Assembly: GCF_023055435.1 (NCBI RefSeq)
Contig: NW_025964334.1
Span: forward strand, 49,972,001-50,036,000
Reading direction: 5' to 3'
Origin: Haliotis rufescens
Taxonomy: Eukaryota
DNA length: 64,000 nucleotides
The position numbers and the translations under genes are program-made. Positions 50,720-64,000 of the stretch are shown piece after piece. The number at the start of each line of letters is the position of its first letter. The first letter of the stretch is position 1. A model generated the notes under the pieces. That model did no database searches and was not told the DNA's origin. It saw nothing but the letters and a program-made list of their open reading frames with translations.

Positions 50720-53700
50720 CGTGAGTGGCAGGTACAGGGCAGGACATATTTACCCTGTTGGCGGACATATGGTGTCATCGCTGATTTTCAGTGATCCATT
50801 CATATAATGTTCACCGTGTTTTGCCTTTTAGCCCAATGGAATCTCTTGCTATTCTGTTTTCAGGCATTGAGGTTCATAGTCAATATTCAGTCAGCATATT
50901 ACATGGAAGTGTAATGACAGTCTTGAACTGTTGTTTTGTTAAATGTTATCAACGTGTACCCCGCTGAACTGGCACAGCTGTACCAAACAACTTCCAGACA
51001 ATCCATATGCTTGTAAATTCCAGTAATGTCTCTTAATACTTTAATACTTTTAATTCTTTTAATAGTAAGAAGGGGGGGGGGGGGGGGGGGGGGGGGGGTC
51101 GTCTGAGACTGGCGTCGTGATATAACTGGAATAATGTTAAAAGCGGCGTTAAACCCAACTCACTCACACTAATAGTGAGAAGTGAATGCCCCACCCAAAT
51201 AATCTGGGACAGCCACCTGTAATGATTTTAAGCTCGCTTCTTAAATGAAAAACACTTAACGACTCTTTCAGTGTTGAGGTGTGATCTGACAGGAATAATA
51301 AAATAATTTTCCAGGAGCACATCTAGCTCATACCGCAGTTGTTACATGGCTGATGGTTGGTGCTACTGAACTACTTATTCTTCTTTGGTTTAATTTATTT
51401 TAGACTCATTGAGAACGCCATTGGGGTTTCTCTAAAACTTGGAGTGTGTAAAATGAAGTGAGTGTGATTTCATCTGCATATGTTTTAACCAGTCGTCTGT
51501 CACATTCTGTTGCTTAAACGTGTTTCATAATGTGCCTCAGACATGTATCATAATGTAATATATTTTAAAAACTTCAAATGTTTAGGAGAAATATATATCT
51601 ACTGTCGCAAAATTTACCAAGTCAATATTTTTGTATGATTAGAGTATTTGGCATTGACCATTCATCTCCATAAGCTATAGGGCTGAAGAGGTATCACGTA
51701 ATACTTGACATTGATATACTTCGTGTCTTGTTTAAGCTGTAAGCTGCCGCGGGTTTGGGGAGTGAGTGCTTAACACACTTACCCGGAAACCACACTGCCT
51801 TTGAATTGCGTCGTATGTGATACAGGCAACCAGCGAGGGAAGATGCCACGGAGGAATTTAGGTCAGGTTTGTAACTCCATCCTTCACTGCCTTCGCGCTG
51901 CTATTGTAACAGCTTGTTGAACAAGAATACATATCAGGCTTCGTTAAGGTACGACTTTGTGAAAAAAATAGAGCAATGAACATTTATACCGAACAGTCGA
52001 GTAGGTAATGCTTCTCGATTTGTATTATGTTCGAAAGATACATCCCAAAGCATTGTCTTTATAATAGTATTGATTAATATCCTATTACGAATTCACATAC
52101 CATGACCGACATGGATACACTGTGTGAAACCCAATCTTGGTGTTCAGTGTCTCCAAGGGTGAACTTATGAATGGCTTCGAATTAAAGAGCATAATCCTTT
52201 ATTGTGTTATGGTTGCGACATTGTCTTTTCTTTATAGCCCCTATTTGACAGCTATTCAAAGGATACAGATCACATTCCCTTACGAGCATCGCACCCATGT
52301 CTTTCTATGCTGAGTCAACTACTAAAGAAATGATTGGGCCTAGACTTTAAAACTGCGCCCCACTGTGTTGTGAAACGAATACGTTTTTCTTTCCTTACAT
52401 GTAGCAACATTTCTGCAGTTGTACACAGCAGACTTAATTCAAAATAAACATACAGTTTTTATTAGTTTCAACAATCTGGTTTCACTGGATTTTCTGTTTC
52501 ATCTATCACTTGATTGTCTGTCTTGTTCACATGCTGACGTCGCATGGCAGAAGTACTGCTGTGTTGCGTCAGGCAATAAATACCTACTCCTTTATGCAAA
52601 CTGTGTGAATGGCAGGTGCTACTAGTTGAGCAGGACATGCTTACCCTATTCGCGAACACCTGGTGTCTTTACAAATTTGAGTGGTCCATTCATATAATTT
52701 ACACTTCTATTTGCCCTTTCCGCCAAGTGGCAGAGAGGGGGCACGGGTGGCCCAGTCGTCTGTGGCGCCGCGATTCGCTGTGCAGAGTTGCGTCCATTAG
52801 GTACGCCAGAAACCTATCATTGTGGGTTTGTCAGCACCATACCCGTGCTCTTGGGTTTCACCAAAGTGGTAAACGTCTGAGACCTGCATCTATTCGGGCT
52901 TTCCTGCAACATTAAGCTGACACGCCGTGATATAACTGGAATACTGTTAAAAGCGGCGTTAAACCCCACTCACTCACTCTCTTTCGGCAGAAAATCTAGG
53001 CTTATTATTCTCTTACGTTTACAATTTATATTTGCATGAATTAGATGCCCTCTTAAATGACAGGACAAGATATATAGAGCAAATCGTTATGTGTATGTGA
53101 CAGTGAAACACATGCCCAAAACTCGAAGACCTTTCAATTAAACGTAACAGCTACCTCGCCGAGGACAGAACACGCTGTTGGGATGTGAGACGTTTATTCA
53201 GGTAGCAATGTTAGACGGACATCAGAAGAATATCAGATGCATGACCATGCAAACACGACCATATATAATAAAGATATGATCACGGAGAATTGAATATTTC
53301 AAATAAATGTAAGTCATATCACATATTATAATATTAACGTACAATCAGTGAGTGAGTATGGTTTTACGCTGCTTTTAGCACTATTCCAGCAATATCACGG
53401 CGGGGACACCAGAAATGGGCTTCATACATTGTACCCATGTCGGGTCTTCGGCACGACGAGCGAAAGCTTGAACCATTAGGCTACCCGACCACCTCACATA
53501 CAAACACAATTAACAACAAGAACGAATCACAATTAACAACAAGAAAGAATACACATCATACCATGATAACAGGTATTCCCAAAGGATTATCAGAATATAT
53601 TTGACAAGGCCAATTGGTGGATATGGTCCTAACTCAGATGTTGTGATGTCACATTAAACAACAAGAGAGAATAATTGATTAAGCACAATGGGGAAATCCT

Positions 53701-53949
53701 TACTGACAACCATAAACTTGTTTAATCGAGATGAGGTAGCATACACTACCAACAAAATAAAGGGAACTAATTATTTGAATGAAGCTATAAGTGAAGTGTA
53801 CTTTTACAATACAGAAACGTTTCATATCAATCACAATAAAATTTCACATCATGCATGAACAACGTGTAATGCACGTGCACACAGAAGCAAAAGTGTGTGC
53901 GCCTATTAGGGAGGGCTCAGTCACTAATATAATTGAGCAAATCACTACT

Positions 53950-54750
53950 TAAATATAACCAATCTCTCAATAGACAGACAAAATGGCGAATTTTGGGTAC
54001 GGCAGAGAGCGGGGAGGACGTCAATATCCCAAGGTACCTGAATGTTTAGCAAATCAAACAGGGTAATTTCTCGACTGTGGGACAAGTACCGTCAATGGGA
54101 CATGGGTAAGACAGACGCAAACAAAAAGACACCTACGTCTCATTACATTAATTGCACTACGAAATAGATTCAAATCTGGAAGGTGAATTACAACATCTAT
54201 GCAGTCAGTGATGGGTGTGATCATAACAGAATACCATCGGCGACAATGACTGGGTTGAGCGAGGCACTAACAGAGACGAACTGTGGGCCAATGGCGTTAC
54301 ATCATGTTCAAGACGAATAAAGGTTTTGCTTCCGATTCTGAGATGGCAGATAACGTTGTTGGTGACGTAGTGGCGAGTGGTATGCAAGGGAAAGAATTCC
54401 TGACCACAATCGCTATGGGGGTCGTTTTGTCACGGTATCACACATGACAGGAGAACTGATTTGGGTATTGTGTATTGACGAACTTTTGCAACTTGTTGTT
54501 CTGTTACTAGATTTATCGACAGAAATGTTGAACTACAAGATGACATTAGCCCAGACTACATCGTGTCCAGGCCATCACCAATGATCTAATACGAGAAGGC
54601 ATGCGGTACAAATACAAATCTAGCATATACATATTTAGTGGGTAAATATGGGCTACCACAGTCGCTCTTGTCGAATTGCATTATGACGGCTCAAAGGAGT
54701 CGTCCTTTACGGCTCGCAATTGAGTACATGGCACATATTCTAACCATAGT
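53950..54750 (+). mobile_element. Highly decayed Tc1-like transposase relic
   Basis: ISRLWDKYRQ.G...DR, ALRNRFKS, SRRIRFC and QDD-like remnants. Confidence 0.5.
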
Positions 54751-55126
54751 ACCAATCCAACGTTTTGAATTCCCTCGTGATTACAATGGATGGCTCGTGT
54801 AACGTCATAGGACTACGAACATCATAGTCAAGGATGCCGCATCGTTGCACTTTAGAAATCGAGGGAAATACAAATATTTGCATGTTTGTTTAGCAATAAG
54901 CACACATATGACAATGATTATATTTGAGTAAAGGAAGAGTTTTCATCAATGTGTTGTCAACGTATTTACATATATTAAATGATTTTCTTATGCAGATATA
55001 TATTGCAATGATTTCTCTAAATGCATTGACAGTAAAGTGTGAGTTGTGTAGATGACGGATTGCACCAGGGTATACATACACATCGCGTGTTATAAAAGCT
55101 TGGATGATGTGGGTGACATTCAAATT

Positions 55127-55245
55127 CCTTTCTCATAGTGTTTACATTCGCCTTTTTCCAACCATTGATAAGACACTTTTCGCATCTCATTCCCTTCAAC
55201 TGACATTTGTCTATGACTGCCTGAAGCAGGTCTTCCGTTTTTGCC
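55127..55245 (-). pseudogene. Orphan SULT exon-4 fragment (closest to SULT-E)
   Basis: EDLLQAVIDKCQLKGMRCEK / YQWLEKGECKHYEKG with a frameshift. Donor GT mutated to GA. Flanks resemble SULT-D/E introns. Confidence 0.85.
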
Positions 55246-56683
55246 ATCATATCTGCTCAATACATTATGAACATTAATTATACTTTTATTCTTTTTATTA
55301 TCTGGTATATAGTGGTATATTGATTTATGACCCAGTAGTATTACTATTTGATAGTAATTAATTAACACGTGATTTTGCTGTTGCTGGAATCATACAATGG
55401 ACTCCATATAGCTCAGTTGAGCTGGTAGTTGTAGACTTGGGGCAATATCCAGCTGTACACGTGTCCACCATTGAAGCAAGATGGTCGTACAATAATCAAT
55501 AATCCTCATAAAATGGATGCATAGCCGCTGAGCATCACATCATAAAATGGCAGATAAACGGTGCAACCAAGTCAACATATCAGCCAATGAACAATATTGT
55601 CACGCACCGTTGTGCCAGTAGCTTTAGGCCCCGCCTCCAAATAGGTTTGTTTTGGAAGCTGACTATGGAGTGTTTGATTTCAATACTTTAACTTTGACGT
55701 TAAACTACTTTTCACAATTCACTTCATGTATCTTGGAAAATTTATATTCGCAACAAAATCACAACCAATATTTTCACTTAACTTGTGCTTGAACAGTAAT
55801 GCTAAAAGGCACCAAATCGATTGTAACACTATCAATAAAATTAGGGAAATCGTGACTTTCAAAATCAATTACAATTGTCTCGATTGAAGTTTGTTTTTTG
55901 TTGTCTAATGGCGCACCAAACAATATTCCAGCTATATGATAGCAGTCTGTAAATAATCTCATCTGGACCAGACTATCCAGTGATTGACATCATCAGCATC
56001 AATCCACGGAATTGGGATCCGATGACATGCATTAACCAAGTCAGTGAGCCTGACCATCCGATCTCGTTAGTTGCCTCTTACGGCAAACATAGTCGCCTTT
56101 TACGGCAAGCATTGGTTGCTGAAAACCTATTCTACAACTGTGCAGACGGAACATCACAGAGCCAAATTATTCGTCAGAATGTGTGCTCATATGCTAATGA
56201 TAATGTTTAGAATATTTAATTTATGTTTCTTTTTCAACTCGGTAATAGCGCTACCTAATACTATCTTATCTCCTCATGTAATCAGTGCAATACATATTCA
56301 TTTAAGGGTTTCTGAACAAAACAGAATAAAACATGCGATCGAAATGTAGGACTGGTTGTATTGTCAAAACATCAAAGCTGGTTGAACCTTTCACTGAAAT
56401 TATTGTCAAAGGGTTTCTCTGCCCTCGATGTTTGATGTGTTTTATCAATACAAAATGGAAAACATCCAAGTGTGACTCCTCATGGTTGATTGACAAAAAC
56501 CATCGATACCTGCAGGGGTTTTGTGCATAGAAACAGGGAGGCCAGACAGTGTTATGGTTATGCCAACATAACACCACAAATCAGCATACGGGGATTTTAA
56601 GCCACACATCATACTGTGTTCTCTGGTATCTAACACTGAATAGGTTTGCGAAGACAGCATCTTCCCAATACAACCTATCCAGC

Positions 56684-57944
56684 ATGTTGTGGAACTTGAT
56701 CTTCCTATCCGCATATACTTTGTCATGCGCTAATTTCCTCCAAGACTTCTATCAGCTATATGCGGATATTATAACTGACAACAACCCGGACATTCGACCT
56801 GTGGAAAATGCAAACGAAAGAATGGACGTATACATTAGATTTCACCTGTATTCATTGGTGGAGATGAGTGAAACTGATCAGTATTTCATCCTCAATGGTC
56901 AGTTTCAGTTCAAGTGGACTGACGCAACGTTAGTGTGGAACCGAACCGAATATCATGGAATTGAGGAGCTATGCATTCAGCAAAGGAAGATCTGGCGCCC
57001 TGACATATTCCTTACAAATACTCTGACCACAAGGCAGCATCTGGGAACCAGTGACATGAAGACCTGCGTGATGTATGACGGAAACTTGGACTCCAGGAGA
57101 TATATTCAAGCTGTCATGTACGACAGATGTTACACTCTTTCCCTTTGATACACAGGAATGCGAAATGATTGTGTCTACTTGGAACTCACCATCGACTGAA
57201 TTACTTTTTACCCTTTATTCAGATTCTGTGCAGCTCGTTTCTTTTGTGCCTAATGGACTGTGGGAAATTTCAAGCGTATATGCCTTGGTTGAAAATACTG
57301 CTGCACATGAACTTCCTATCTGTCGCATCGTCTTTAAACTTAAACATCGTCCAACATACTATTTGGTGAATCTCCTAGTGCCTTTGGTGTTGCTGTCAGT
57401 CATTGGCAGTTTAGTCTTTCTGTTACCTGTTGAATCAGGAGAGAAGACAGGGTTATCAATGACTGTTCTTTTGGCCTATGTGGTGTTTCTCGCCCTGTTG
57501 TCCGACCACTTGCCCCTAAGCTCTCTACAAACATCCATCCTAACAATCTATATATCAGCGCTCATCGTTCTCAGCTGTATGTCACTCGTTTGGACTGTTG
57601 TTGTCATCAACATTCACCACAAGCCAGATCACGTGCCTGTTCCAAGACACATGCAACTGTTTGTGAACTGCATGACGTGTACAAGAAATAGGACATTTTC
57701 AAGTTCTAAGGTATCACCTGTCAATCCACGAATGTGCAACAGCAAAACCTCAGACTCTTCTGCATCGATTCCCACAATAAGCAGCTTTGTGGCAGGGACA
57801 CATCACCCAGCACCAGGTACCACAGCAGATGACAGACAGGCATCATGGCAAGAGGTGGCAAGAGCCTTGGATAGACTTTTCCTCATACTGTTCAGTGTTG
57901 CTGTGATCATTTCAACAAGCATCTATTTTGGATTGACTCGTTAA
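56684..57944 (+). pseudogene. Intronless Cys-loop ligand-gated ion channel (nAChR-like, non-alpha) with one frameshift near 57085
   Basis: Signal-peptide-like N-terminus, DIRPV, WTD..L.WN, IWRPDI, Cys loop C-x13-C (CTTDVTLFPFDTQEC), RPTYY-M1, ESGEK-M2, M3, WQEVARALDRLF-M4. Split across ORFs 56549-57148 and 57075-57944. Could be an intact gene if the indel is an assembly error. Confidence 0.85.
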
Positions 57945-58548
57945 GCATCCATCATAGATATGTGAGAATTTGTGATCCGAGGATAAAGAGGAACAGCTTC
58001 AACGATGCGTTTTCGTTGGCATTTTGTGGAAAGATTATTGACCAGGAACATATAGTTATGTCAATTTTTAACACTTATTTAATCATATTTTCCAAGACAA
58101 ACACTTCCAGTAGTCATCATACTGAATGGTTTATAAGACAAATAACGTTTCCACCATCCCTACTATATTTCATCCTTATGCTAGATTGCTATACAGCTTA
58201 GTTTTAATATGCTTAAGTACATATATGTCTGTCTGCTTGGAAATCGAACAAACCCAATGCTTTCATCATTTTGTCACTACCACTACCTCCTCCGTAGTCT
58301 AGTGGTAGGGAGCCGCCCGGAGAGAGGAAGGTCCGGGGCTCGATCCCCGGCCGCATTAGAAGACGTTAGACGTTAGAAGATGCTACTTGTTGTTACCCTG
58401 TCTGGCGCTCGGCATTAAGAGGATAAAACAAGGACCGGTCGGCTAGGAGTATAATGTGTCTCGGTGGGGTAATCATGTTCAACTGTGGCATAGTTTCTCA
58501 GTGAGCTAGCACTATAAATCGGGATCAGTTTGGACTAGTACAAGCAGC

Positions 58549-58549
<1 letters not shown>

Positions 58550-58606
<57 letters not shown>

Positions 58607-58621
58607 AACACACACACACAC
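58550..58621. repeat. (CA)n microsatellite expanded inside a family-D SINE
   Basis: Direct reading. Confidence 0.97.
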
Positions 58622-61600
58622 ATGGGCGCGCATGCACGTCGCTGTGTTAGTGCAATAATCTTCGACGTGACGCTACGTTGTATTTTATAAAAATGTATTT
58701 TAAGGAAACGTTAACATCCTTAGTGGCATTTATTCTCGATTATCCCCCTTCGTTAATTATCTCCCTTGCTTTGACGTCGAGCTCGCCAGCTCAATGAATC
58801 GTGCTACCCCACCCTCCCTCACAGAAGGCTTACTGGCCAGTGGCTGTTAGCATCAACATTTGTCAAATGTAATGTATTTCATTCAACGCTTGGAGATTAT
58901 TTACAATTTTTATCTTTTTGCATATTCTAAAATTTGATCTTTGTCATTTGTGTATTATGCTAATGCACATTAAAGTTTTTCTCCCAGTGATCAATTCTCT
59001 TTATCATTTAGTGTAGTTGTATTAAAACCTAATTTCACCTCACCACCATCTTTTCACTCTGCTTTTAGCCAACGTAAAATTAAAGAATTTAATCCTGCTT
59101 GGTGCAATCCAGGAGATTCCGGGTTACACCTTCTCCCAGCAACGTGAGAAACAATCGCAAGTAGCCAGAAGGATGATGTAAATCCTGTTGGGGTACCATG
59201 TTGGAAGAAGAGGTACCGTACGTACCCATATGGTCCCAAGTATTGTGGCCTAACTTTGACTGCTGGGGATCCCTAGCCCATTTGTCTTTGTATTGTCATG
59301 AATGGTCCAATTTCTATGGTTACATGCTAGTTTTAAAGCTACGTCTGTAATAATCTAGTTGTTTTACTGTCCTTTATCGACAGGTTTTATAGTCTAAATT
59401 TATGTAACATTAATATGTAACTTGGTTTAGTCACGCTGTGGCTGAAGTATTGCCGATGTGACTATGAACCCTAACTCCCTTACTGATTCAATTATGTCGA
59501 CTAAATGAATCTGTTTTTTTTATGACTTGGTTGATTGCGTATCATTGTACCTTGACTCTGTGTGAGGTTGCTCATAGTATTCAGTCTCTTTTTTCTTACA
59601 GATTCCATTTTTACATCGCCGTCAAATAGTTAAAATATTGTTACAATAGAGCTAGGCGTTGTTCTACAGGAAAACAAAACTCTAAATCGTATAGATTTGA
59701 AATTACTTTCTATTGTTTTCAAAAAGGAAAAGGAAAATGTGTTTGTTGTTTTAAGCCACACTCAGCAATCCCAGATAATTTACTTTAGTTCCAAATACTT
59801 TAATAAATAAAATCGGGAAAACCATTTCGATAATCATAAGTCTATTGTTCAATTCTGACTATATCAAAAGCATGTGTTTCTGAATCATTATCAAATAGTG
59901 ATGGTGACATGTTTTCGCGAAAAAGAGATCGTATCCCGTCCCATCGGTGGCACCCGTCACAAACACATGCAACGGCACGTCAGTTGTTTACCTGAAAAAC
60001 CACATGTTTACCATGAAACGTTTTAAACTTGGAGAGACAGATCGGCAAGGAGGGGAGCACAGTACAACTGGCGGTCATGGAGATACCTACTTCTTGCCTA
60101 AATGTCCCGTCCCCAAATTTCACGTAGATGTTATCAGTAACGAAGCATTTCACATAGTAGCTTAATAAACTTCACATGACATTCGATGTTTTATTATTAA
60201 AATATCAAATGTTTAGACATGATTAATATTGAAAAATATGAAGCCAATCTTTTTCGTTTATGAGAATCAACATCGTATTAATTATTTTTGTCTCGAATAC
60301 TTTCTGTGAATATATAGTGTTGCATGTCGACTTTGGTTCGATAAGTTAACCCAGAAATCTGTACGGGAAAAAAATTAGTTTGAAACCAACAAACAACATG
60401 TTACACAATTAACAATTATAAAATAAATATACTTTAAATCAGTTCATGTCGTATTAATAATTAATTGATCTAATTCAATAAATGCTTCAAGAAACACAAA
60501 GACAATTAAAAGAGACTTTACGTTACGGACGGTTTTCCAAACTGAAAAGGTTTACATTATATATTGGGTCCTTGGCCAGCTTTAGTAGCAGTATATATAT
60601 CGCTGAGGTGAGTGTTTGTTATGTTTTGTTTCTATTTTATGTTTAACGCTGCACTCCGCAATATTCAGCTGTATGACGGCGGTCTGTAAATAACCGAGTC
60701 TGGACCAGAAAATCCAGTCATTGACATCATGAGCATCGATCCACGCAATTGGGATACAATGACATGCATCAAACAAGTCAGCCAGTCTGACCACCCAATG
60801 ACCGGAGTCGCCTCTTACTTCAAGCATAGTCTCGTAATCGCGAAATACAACGATTGTGGCGGGGCATAGACTGACACTGAACGGCCAATGTGCATGCGCC
60901 GCTCATTTAATCAACACAGACACGACTCAAGTTTGGAAACATTCTGAAAAAGGACGATGAATGTGTTACTAGGATTGATTTTCATTTGTATACAATATCT
61001 TCCCTTGTGCTTAATTAAATGTTTACACATCACGCATCAACGACTGGTAGACAAATAAACACCACTGGAGGTAACAGTCATTGGAAAAAGTTAACTTTAT
61101 CATTGAGCGTATTAAAATTGATCATGGCGTAGATCGATAGATGCTTCATTAGAAGTATTACCACAGTATTCTGTTTCAAATACAAAACGACATATCGGTA
61201 ATATTATTGTAGCAGAAGAATCAATATTCCTGTTGTGTAGAATTACATGAGCATTTGAGTGGCTCACCTAGCAACCTGATCATTTGAGTGTTGAACAATA
61301 AAGTAGAATATCACATTGCCGTTGCCATTAAAACGGTCTCAGGGGACTGTTGGTTATAAGAACTATTCGTCAAGGGTGGTTTAGCCCTTCAATGAAATTG
61401 ATGTCATGAGGATTTATCTGATCTCAGTGAACTCACGACTGAATTATCTTTTTTAGAACTCCTTCCATTCATATTATTTTCATCACAACTAATGGAACTG
61501 GTTTCCGCAGATAATAGAGACTGTTTATTGTCTATTGTTTATGTACAGTGTTTATTACCAAAGCTATTCTTTATTTCGTACAATCATTGTGCAGTAGCTG

Positions 61601-62639
61601 CAGGCAAAATATGTTTCATTCAGCGAGTCTAGATCTGAAGAGGGGAGCCGAAACATTTTTTGTTTGTTTGTTGTTTAACGCCTCACTCAGCAATATTCCA
61701 GCTATATGAATATTCCAGCGGTCTGTAAATAATCGAGTCTGGACCAGACCATCCAGTGATTGACTTCGTGAGCATTGATCCACACAATTAGGAAATGATG
61801 ACACCCATCAACCAAGTGAGCGAGTCTGACCACCCGATCCCGCTAGCGAGTCTGACCACCCGATCCCCCTAATCGCCTCTTACGACAAACATAGTCGCCT
61901 TTTACGGCAGGCATGGGTTGCTGAAGACCTATTCTAACCCGTATCTTCACTGGTCTCGGTTTACTTGGTCTGTAACATGGTATATTTTTCTTGATCGAAG
62001 GTGTATACTCTAAGGCAAATGTACGGAGACGGAGTGGTAGGGTCTGAAGTGGTGGGCCTTGTGATCTTGTGTCCTCATACTGCGCTACGTGAACTTATGA
62101 AACGTTTTTGCTAAGGGCCTATAAATATTTTTTCTCTTTGTCTGAAACATCTCCATAAGACAATACAAGACACATATAGTATTTCAAACGGTAATCAAGC
62201 TTACAAAAAGGAAAATGGTTCAATATATGTGTCAAAAGCTGAATTTTCAAGTATAGACGTTTTAAAGGAAAATAATATTTTGTTTCAAATAGCTCACCTT
62301 TTTTCGTCAGGGGAAAACCTCCAAATTTTGACTCTGCAGTTTGCTGTGCGCGCATTCCCATTCACGTGTTCTTTATTTAAGAAGATCCTAGATACGTACG
62401 TATGTGACACTTCAAAGGTAATTTACCCCTCCTGGTGTGAGGTAGTGTTTGCGAAACGTGAAACATTCAATATGCATACATCATCAGTTAACATGATCTT
62501 CCGTGTGGATTACATCTGTTACAATTTTGCACTATGAACAAGTAAACCAGAATATTAGAAATCTTTATGCAGCTAATTTGCATGCTCTGAGACCACGTGT
62601 TGTACAACCGTTAACAAGTCGACACATGGGCAGACGCCA

Positions 62640-63120
62640 ATGGTTTTTAGAGCGTAGAAACTGGAGGAATCACAGATGAGTCTAGATTCACAAGGCAACA
62701 TGACGCATTTAGGAGTGGGTCTGTCATGATATTGGGCGGGATCATGACTGTCAGAACGCCACTGCTTATTGTCCATGGAAAAGTCACTGGATGATGTTAC
62801 CGGGACAACAATGGCTCAAATAAATATGCCGTTTAAGCGATTTCAAGATTATAACGCTTGTGCCTAACTTGCCCGTGTCGTAACTCACTGCCTCCAGCAG
62901 GAAAACAACCCAGCATGCAATGTCCAGCGACGGATCCTGACATTTTCCCCACAGAGCACACCTGGGACATGATCAGGAGACGTGTATCCCGACCTCAAAG
63001 GCCACCTCCTACGTCAGCCGAACTGGGCGTTTCGAGAACAGTGGACAAGAGATTAGGGTTGTCTTTGGGAGACTGATTCGGACCATGTCACGCCGTTCAG
63101 ACTAACTTTAACCAGTCGTG
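62640..63120 (+). mobile_element. Tc1-like transposase relic (C-terminal half)
   Basis: TDESRF, FQDYNA, MQCPATDPDIFPTEHTWDMIRRRV. Confidence 0.75.
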
Positions 63121-63182
63121 GGGACGTGGCCCATTAGTAGTCATGTCATCTCAAACATTCATATTTTTACCACACGTCCCCT

Positions 63183-64000
63183 GTCGCCTTTCTTGGTTGT
63201 TTTCACCCTGATAAGACACCGCCAACATGTTCTGTTGATTGTCATGTTACACCTAGTCCTTTCTTTTCCTTCTCCATCCATATCCATCACACGATACTTC
63301 TTTGTATTTCTCTGATCATCTGTTATTTTCGATTATCACCTATATGTTTGGAGAGTAAAACATTCTGTTTGATTTTGGTTGCTAAGCTAGTATATAAAAA
63401 TATGTCCAGCATATATTTTTCTTGTTTCACATTCGATTTCAGTCTGTACAATAATCTTGATACACTTCGTAGTGTTATGCACCATGACGAATATCAATCT
63501 TTTGTAAACAAAACTGCACATCAAAATAAGACGCCTTGTGTCTTTCAGGAAGACGTCTTATTACAAACTATCTTATGCACATACTATAACGAATATCTAA
63601 ATATATACCGGCACTGCAATAACAGCTATTTGAAGTCGCGTTCAAGTAAGGTTTGGATTCGTTGATAGACTGCTTAGGTACCGTCTCTAGACTAAGCTCC
63701 TCTTTTTGTTGACTGTCATCGCATTGCTTACCATCCATCGTTTGGTTTGTTGTTTAACACGACGGTCGCCTTTCTTGGTTGTTTTCACCCTGATAAGACA
63801 CCGCCAACATGTTCTGTTGATTGTCATGTTACACCTAGTCCTTTCTTTTCCTTCTCCATCCATATCCATCACACGATACTTCTTTGTATTTCTCTGATCA
63901 TCTGTTATTTTCGATTATCACCTATATGTTTGGAGAGTAAAACATTCTGTTTGATTTTGGTTGCTAAGCTAGTATATAAAAATATGTCCAGCATATATTT
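63183..64000. repeat. Near-identical direct repeat of at least 235 bp (63183-63417 and 63766-window end)
   Basis: gtcgcctttcttggttgttttcaccctg...gtccagcatatattt occurs twice. Confidence 0.95.

Noticed and set aside
57070-57095. Programmed ribosomal frameshift or micro-intron in the nAChR-like gene
   Set aside because: No slippery heptamer or GT-AG pair at the break, and residues are missing relative to the family pattern, which fits a deletion.

Overview
Repeat-rich animal genomic DNA (mollusc-like; the SINE repertoire suggests a gastropod such as abalone, which is inference). The window holds a tandem array of five intact cytosolic sulfotransferase (SULT) genes on the minus strand (A 5595-14191, B 18170-24403, C 27188-30713, D 36742-39261, E 44999-49570). 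All share coding exons of 163/321/104/163/128 nt (last exon 116 nt in B). There is also a SULT exon relic (~55.1 kb) and an intronless Cys-loop/nAChR-like gene (56684-57944, +) broken by one frameshift. Introns and spacers carry four SINE-like families, an internally deleted DIRS element, a long-TIR TGT...ACA element nested in a SINE, four Tc1/mariner relics, LINE and Gypsy fragments, a Helentron-type HINE and several minisatellites. The most interesting signals are: (1) four of the five SULTs have non-canonical PAPS-binding motifs (WMRSG for YPKSG; EKG/HKG for RKG) plus a hypervariable substrate patch; (2) a high-copy non-tRNA retroelement begins with a compact pseudoknot-like RNA fold that shows compensatory changes in a divergent copy (ribozyme/promoter candidate); (3) two SINE-anchored ectopic duplications whose donor and acceptor can be told apart by target-site duplications.
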